Positions 36,015-39,540 of a stretch of 39,540 nt of DNA are shown here, one piece after another. The DNA lies in NCBI GenBank assembly GCA_031287815.1, contig JAITSM010000069.1:1-39540 (forward strand), read 5' to 3'. Under the pieces are notes generated by a model, which ran no database searches, was not told where the DNA came from, and saw only the letters and a program-made list of their open reading frames with translations. Each line of letters opens with the position of its first letter. The first letter of the stretch is position 1. Source of the stretch: Prevotellaceae bacterium (GTDB lineage: Bacteria > Bacteroidota > Bacteroidia > Bacteroidales > UBA932). The position numbers were made by a program, and so were the translations under genes.

Positions 36015-36701
36015 ATGAAATTTGGCGTAGTAATTTTTCCCGGCTCCAATTGCGACCACGACATGATTTATACTTTCCGCGATAAATTGCGGCAGGAAGT
36101 GGTTGCGTTATGGCACAAAGAACATGACTTAAAAAAAGTGGACGGTATCCTGTTGCCTGGCGGCTTTTCGTATGGCGACTATTTGCGCTGCGGCGCGTTG
36201 GCGAAGTTTTCGCCCATTATGCGCGAAGTAATGGAATTTGCCGGCAAGGGCGGTTTTGTCATGGGCGTATGCAATGGATTTCAAATCCTGTGCGAAAGCG
36301 GATTATTGCCGGGCGCCTTGCTGCCCAACGTAAGCCAGAAATTTATCTGTAAAAATACCTGCTTGTTGCCCGACAGCAAAACGTCGTATGCTACGAAATT
36401 TTTGAACCCTACGCAGCCGCTGAAAATCCCTATTGCGCACGCCGAAGGGCGCTACTACGCCGGCGCGGAAGCATTGGCGGCATTGCAACAGAACGGCCAG
36501 GTGCTGTTCCGCTATTGCGACGAAAACGGCGTGATTTCGGAACAGGCCAACCCCAACGGCTCGGTGAATAACATTGCCGGCATTTGCAATAAGGCGAAGA
36601 ACGTATACGGCATGATGCCGCACCCCGAACGCGCCGCCGACCCGGAATTGGGCAACACCGACGGGCTGCTCATCTTTCAATCCATATTGAGGATGCTATA
36701 A
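36015..36701 (+). CDS. purQ: Phosphoribosylformylglycinamidine synthase subunit PurQ (glutaminase)
   Basis: It shows MKFGVVIFPGSNCDHDM, GVCNGFQIL (nucleophile Cys) and MMPHPER. Confidence 0.95.
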   Translation: MKFGVVIFPGSNCDHDMIYTFRDKLRQEVVALWHKEHDLKKVDGILLPGGFSYGDYLRCGALAKFSPIMREVMEFAGKGGFVMGVCNGFQILCESGLLPGALLPNVSQKFICKNTCLLPDSKTSYATKFLNPTQPLKIPIAHAEGRYYAGAEALAALQQNGQVLFRYCDENGVISEQANPNGSVNNIAGICNKAKNVYGMMPHPERAADPELGNTDGLLIFQSILRML

Positions 36702-36732
36702 CAAACTTCCCTGAAACTTTTTTTCAAAAAAC

Positions 36733-37180
36733 TTGCCATTAAAAAATATTGTTTTATATTTGCACCGGTTATTATGTGCTCTTTGACATTCTGAAATAGA
36801 TATAAAAAATATATATCGCTTTAACTTTTATTCTGCGGATACCAGAAATCTGGAAAATTTCAATCACGTACGAATAATAAGTAAAAGCAACCTCGCCAAG
36901 AGTGGATGTGGGTTGTTCTGCTTATTTACGTGATGGGTCTTCCAGAACCTCTGGTATCAATAAGCATAACGCCCATTCCACTCTTGGTTTTTTAGTGGAA
37001 TCAGGAAAAAATCACCATAAAAGTTGAAGAAACAAATTGCAGAAAACGTTTATTAAAAACTTCTGCAATGATTGGCAGCGGATAAAAATTCGCAGCAAGG
37101 GGTTGTTTTATAAAGTTGGTTTGTGTTTGCAAAACAACCCCAAGGCTGCAAAAATAATAACAATTTAAAAATTTACTTTT
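36733..37180 (+). promoter_or_regulatory. Promoter plus ~420-nt structured leader (type I) of paralog D
   Basis: TTG (36733-35) and TATATTTG (36755-62) have a 19-nt gap. Helices are GATACCAGA (36838-46)/TCTGGTATC (36950-58), CTGGAA/TTCCAG, CACGTA/TACGTG and AATAAG/CTTATT. Loop CCAAGAGTGGA (36896-906) pairs with TCCACTCTTGG (36977-87), followed by T6 (36988-93). Further hairpins are at 37037-44/37061-68 and 37092-37149. Confidence 0.65.
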
Positions 37181-38323
37181 ATGAAAACAATTCTTTTCTT
37201 TTTTACAATGCTTATAAGCATTGCAGCAGGCGCACAGGTAACAAATGTTACACCAATTAGCGCAAATTATACGGACAAAACCGTGTCTTTTCGCGTGTGG
37301 TGGAACGCCGGCTCGCGCGATGTTACGCACCTCTCCAAAGTATGGGTGTGGGTAGATTATATCACGGTAAACAGTAACAACACCACTTCAGGAAATTTGT
37401 GGACACGCGCCACTGCGGGAACAGTTTCCGGCGGCGTAATTTCTTACGACGGCAGCAACCGGCAAGGGTTTTGGTTGCAAGGCAACAGCGGCAGCTATAG
37501 CGCTACCGTTAGCGTTAAACTAAACATTACCGCAAGCAAATTCAATTGGTGTGCCTACGTGTCCGACTATCCGCCGAATATAACACTAAATAACGGAACT
37601 TATACTTTCAGCGGCACGCCGCCATTTATATTGACTGCCACTAGTGGAGCCACTCAAACGGTAACCGGAACAACGCTTGCCACTTCTGCATTGACTATTA
37701 CGCCCACAACTATTATGGATAAAACAGCCTGTCCGAGCGTTTTCTGCCCTTATCAGGGCAGTGATTTATTTATTGATGCTACGCATCTTTGCCAACAGCG
37801 CGCCGGCGGCGCAAAAAATTGGGAAGCGTGGATAAAAGACACGCGAGATAAGGAATTGTATAGAATTGTTTTGATGCCTGACGAACTTTGGTGGACAGCT
37901 GAAGAAATGAGATACGATGCTTCAGCTACAAAACAAAGCTACAAATGTCCGACTGGCGCACAGCGGACAATTTATAATCGTCCTGTTGTCGCATGTCCAG
38001 CAGGATGGATACTTCCATCAGTAGCTCAATTTACCTATATACACAATATAGCTAGCGAAGAAGAACTACTGGCTGCTAATACATATGCTGTATACGGAAC
38101 AGGAATCGACTTCTATGGGTATGCTGTAATCCCAGATCCCAGTAGAGCTGATGGTGCGGACGAAACGATCCCAACAGGATGCATCTATGACATAACATGG
38201 TTCCCTAACGCTTGGGAGTCTATGGAGGGAAGACGAACTTTCTGTTGGGACCGAACTACTGCGCATCCCCCCGTATGCTACGAGAACCATCTCAGTTGGA
38301 ATCAAGTCCGCTGCATTCGCTAA
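37181..38323 (+). CDS. Secreted paralog D: signal peptide, conserved N-domain and divergent FISH-type C-terminal domain
   Basis: It starts MKTILFFFTMLISIAAGAQ. It is about 80% nt-identical to paralog A through ..YRIVLMPDELWW and then diverges. It has CPAGWILP and ends in VRCIR. Confidence 0.8.
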   Translation: MKTILFFFTMLISIAAGAQVTNVTPISANYTDKTVSFRVWWNAGSRDVTHLSKVWVWVDYITVNSNNTTSGNLWTRATAGTVSGGVISYDGSNRQGFWLQGNSGSYSATVSVKLNITASKFNWCAYVSDYPPNITLNNGTYTFSGTPPFILTATSGATQTVTGTTLATSALTITPTTIMDKTACPSVFCPYQGSDLFIDATHLCQQRAGGAKNWEAWIKDTRDKELYRIVLMPDELWWTAEEMRYDASATKQSYKCPTGAQRTIYNRPVVACPAGWILPSVAQFTYIHNIASEEELLAANTYAVYGTGIDFYGYAVIPDPSRADGADETIPTGCIYDITWFPNAWESMEGRRTFCWDRTTAHPPVCYENHLSWNQVRCIR

Positions 38324-38407
38324 GTATAATTTGAACCAAATAATAAAATAGAGGCGTGCTACTGCTGCAACTGAAACCTATACAAATGAATTAAAATATC
38401 AGACAAC

Positions 38408-38533
38408 CGAAATGTGTACGTACGCAATCGAAATGTGTACGTACGCAATTGAAATGGGGACGTACACATTCGCAATGGGGACGTACACATTTGAAATGGG
38501 GACGTACACAATGGCGATGGGAACGATAATAAA
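38408..38533. repeat. 21-bp tandem array x6 (CGAAATGTGTACGTACGCAAT x2, then TGAAATGGGGACGTACACATT-type units)
   Basis: Units start at 38408, 38429, 38450, 38471, 38492 and 38513. The core GGGGACGTACA resembles the GGGGACTACA core of the 25065-25484 array. Confidence 0.85.
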
Positions 38534-38596
38534 TAATCAACCTGTCAATAAGTTATAAATAAAAGAAGAGGGGGCCGGAGGGGCAAAAGGAAAACG

Positions 38597-38632
38597 GCAG
38601 GGGGCGAAAGATTTTTCGCCCCTGCTGTTTTT
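38597..38632 (+). terminator. Rho-independent terminator downstream of paralog D and its 21-bp array
   Basis: The stem GCAGGGGGCGAAA / TTTCGCCCCTGC (one bulge) is followed by TGTTTTT. Confidence 0.6.
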
Positions 38633-38854
38633 GCGCCTTACCCTCCCCTGTTTGCAGTAATTTCCGCACTTAAAAATACCGACAAATGAGGATTGTCTGT
38701 AAAAATTATTGCCCCTGCCTTTGTACGGTCAATTTAAACAATTTTTACCGATGAACGAATGTATATATAAAATTTTATTGGCTGCGCTGTCACTTTTGCG
38801 ACGGGTTTGATCATCCTTTTCAGCTTGAGTTTTCTTAAACCAATTTCAGCGTCA

Positions 38855-39037
38855 TCACATAATCGTGTTCGTTTTCTTTCCGAAATCCCGAATATAGGCT
38901 TCTATTTCGGGATTTTTGATAATATCGCGCGGCAGCCGGCCTGCGCCTTCGGGTTGAAAAATGGTTTCGTACAGCAAATCCTCCAGAATGGGGAAATCTT
39001 CCTGCCGAAAAAAACGGTGGACTACATTGTTGGTCAT
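38855..39037 (-). pseudogene. N-terminal ~60-aa remnant of a GNAT-type acetyltransferase
   Basis: MTNNVVHRFFRQEDFPILEDLLYETIFQPEGAGRLPRDIIKNPEIEAYIRDFGKK resembles GNAT N-termini. The ORF stops about 100 aa short, and no acetyl-CoA-binding segment follows. Confidence 0.35.
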
Positions 39038-39045
39038 ATTCAAAT

Positions 39046-39522
39046 TTATATTTTCTCAATGTTTTCCGCCATGAACTTCCATAGCGGAGCAGCCATCAGG
39101 GATTGTTTTATTTCATCGTTGTCCAGTATTTTTTTGACTTCTTCGCAGGAAAACAGGTGCACGCTGAGGTCTTCCGTGTCCTCCAAGTGCGGTTCGCTGA
39201 CTTTTTCCACATCCCTTGCCAAAAAACAGTGGGTTGTGTTTTTAATCGTTGAAGGGTTTGGCGACAGGCGCATGTATTCTTCCCAAATTCCGTTGCCGTA
39301 ACCGGTTTCTTCCATCAGTTCCCTTTGCGCCGAAATCAGGGGCGAAGCGTCCTTCTTTTCGCAGACGCCTGCGCACAACTCGAAATGTACGCTTCCGATG
39401 CCGTGGCGGTACTGTTTTACGAAAATAAATTGTTTCTCCTTCGTTATTGCAATTACGTTCACCCAATCGGGATATTCCGTCACATAATAAGACGGTATCT
39501 GACGTCCGTTGGGTAATTTCAC
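39046..39522 (-). CDS. NUDIX hydrolase
   Basis: It has a Nudix-box-like segment, GVCEKKDASPLISAQRELMEETGY (one-residue spacing variant), in a 158-aa protein. Confidence 0.75.
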   Translation of the reverse strand: MKLPNGRQIPSYYVTEYPDWVNVIAITKEKQFIFVKQYRHGIGSVHFELCAGVCEKKDASPLISAQRELMEETGYGNGIWEEYMRLSPNPSTIKNTTHCFLARDVEKVSEPHLEDTEDLSVHLFSCEEVKKILDNDEIKQSLMAAPLWKFMAENIEKI

Positions 39523-39540
39523 GGTGTCGCACCTGACGGT

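Noticed and set aside
38807-39301. 164-aa plus-strand ORF
   Set aside because: It is antisense to the NUDIX gene and the GNAT remnant, with a low-complexity, motif-free translation. It is a shadow ORF.

Overview
This 39.5 kb window looks like a Bacteroidota chromosome, probably Chitinophagia or Sphingobacteriia-like. That placement is inferred from repeated TTG/TAnnTTTG promoters, a T9SS type-B sorting domain, Fib_succ_major (FISH) domains and a LiaF/LytS/LytTR module. Housekeeping genes (secA, hisS, tyrS, purD, purQ, radC, tRNA-His) are interleaved with accessory content. I saw no transposase, integrase, reverse transcriptase or Cas gene, and no CRISPR array.

The main finding is a dispersed module present four times, at 3945-5573(-), 16917-18306(+), 25678-26972(-) and 36733-38323(+), plus one decayed copy at 32370-32810(-). 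Each full copy has four parts:
- A nearly identical promoter.
- A 330-470 nt leader with three or four stacked helices. Their sequences differ between copies but stay complementary, and an apical-loop segment pairs with a tail segment beside a U-tract.
- A conserved GGGGTTGTTTT/AAAACAACCCC hairpin.
- A signal-peptide protein with a conserved N-domain and swapped C-terminal modules (three divergent FISH domains and one Cys-rich domain).
I cannot assign the leader to any RNA family I recognise.

Other unexplained structure includes:
- 21-bp tandem arrays downstream of two paralogs, sharing a GGGGAC(G)TACA core.
- A family of intergenic 'word' hairpins built around a GGCGCCAGC core.
- A roughly 210-bp structured MITE-like repeat, present as two inverted copies.
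- Two HEPN/MNT pairs, one joined to tyrS by ATGA overlaps.
- A tri-domain MMPL-acyltransferase-methyltransferase fusion next to a GT2-DUF2062 gene.
- A 119-bp tandem duplication that creates a uORF.
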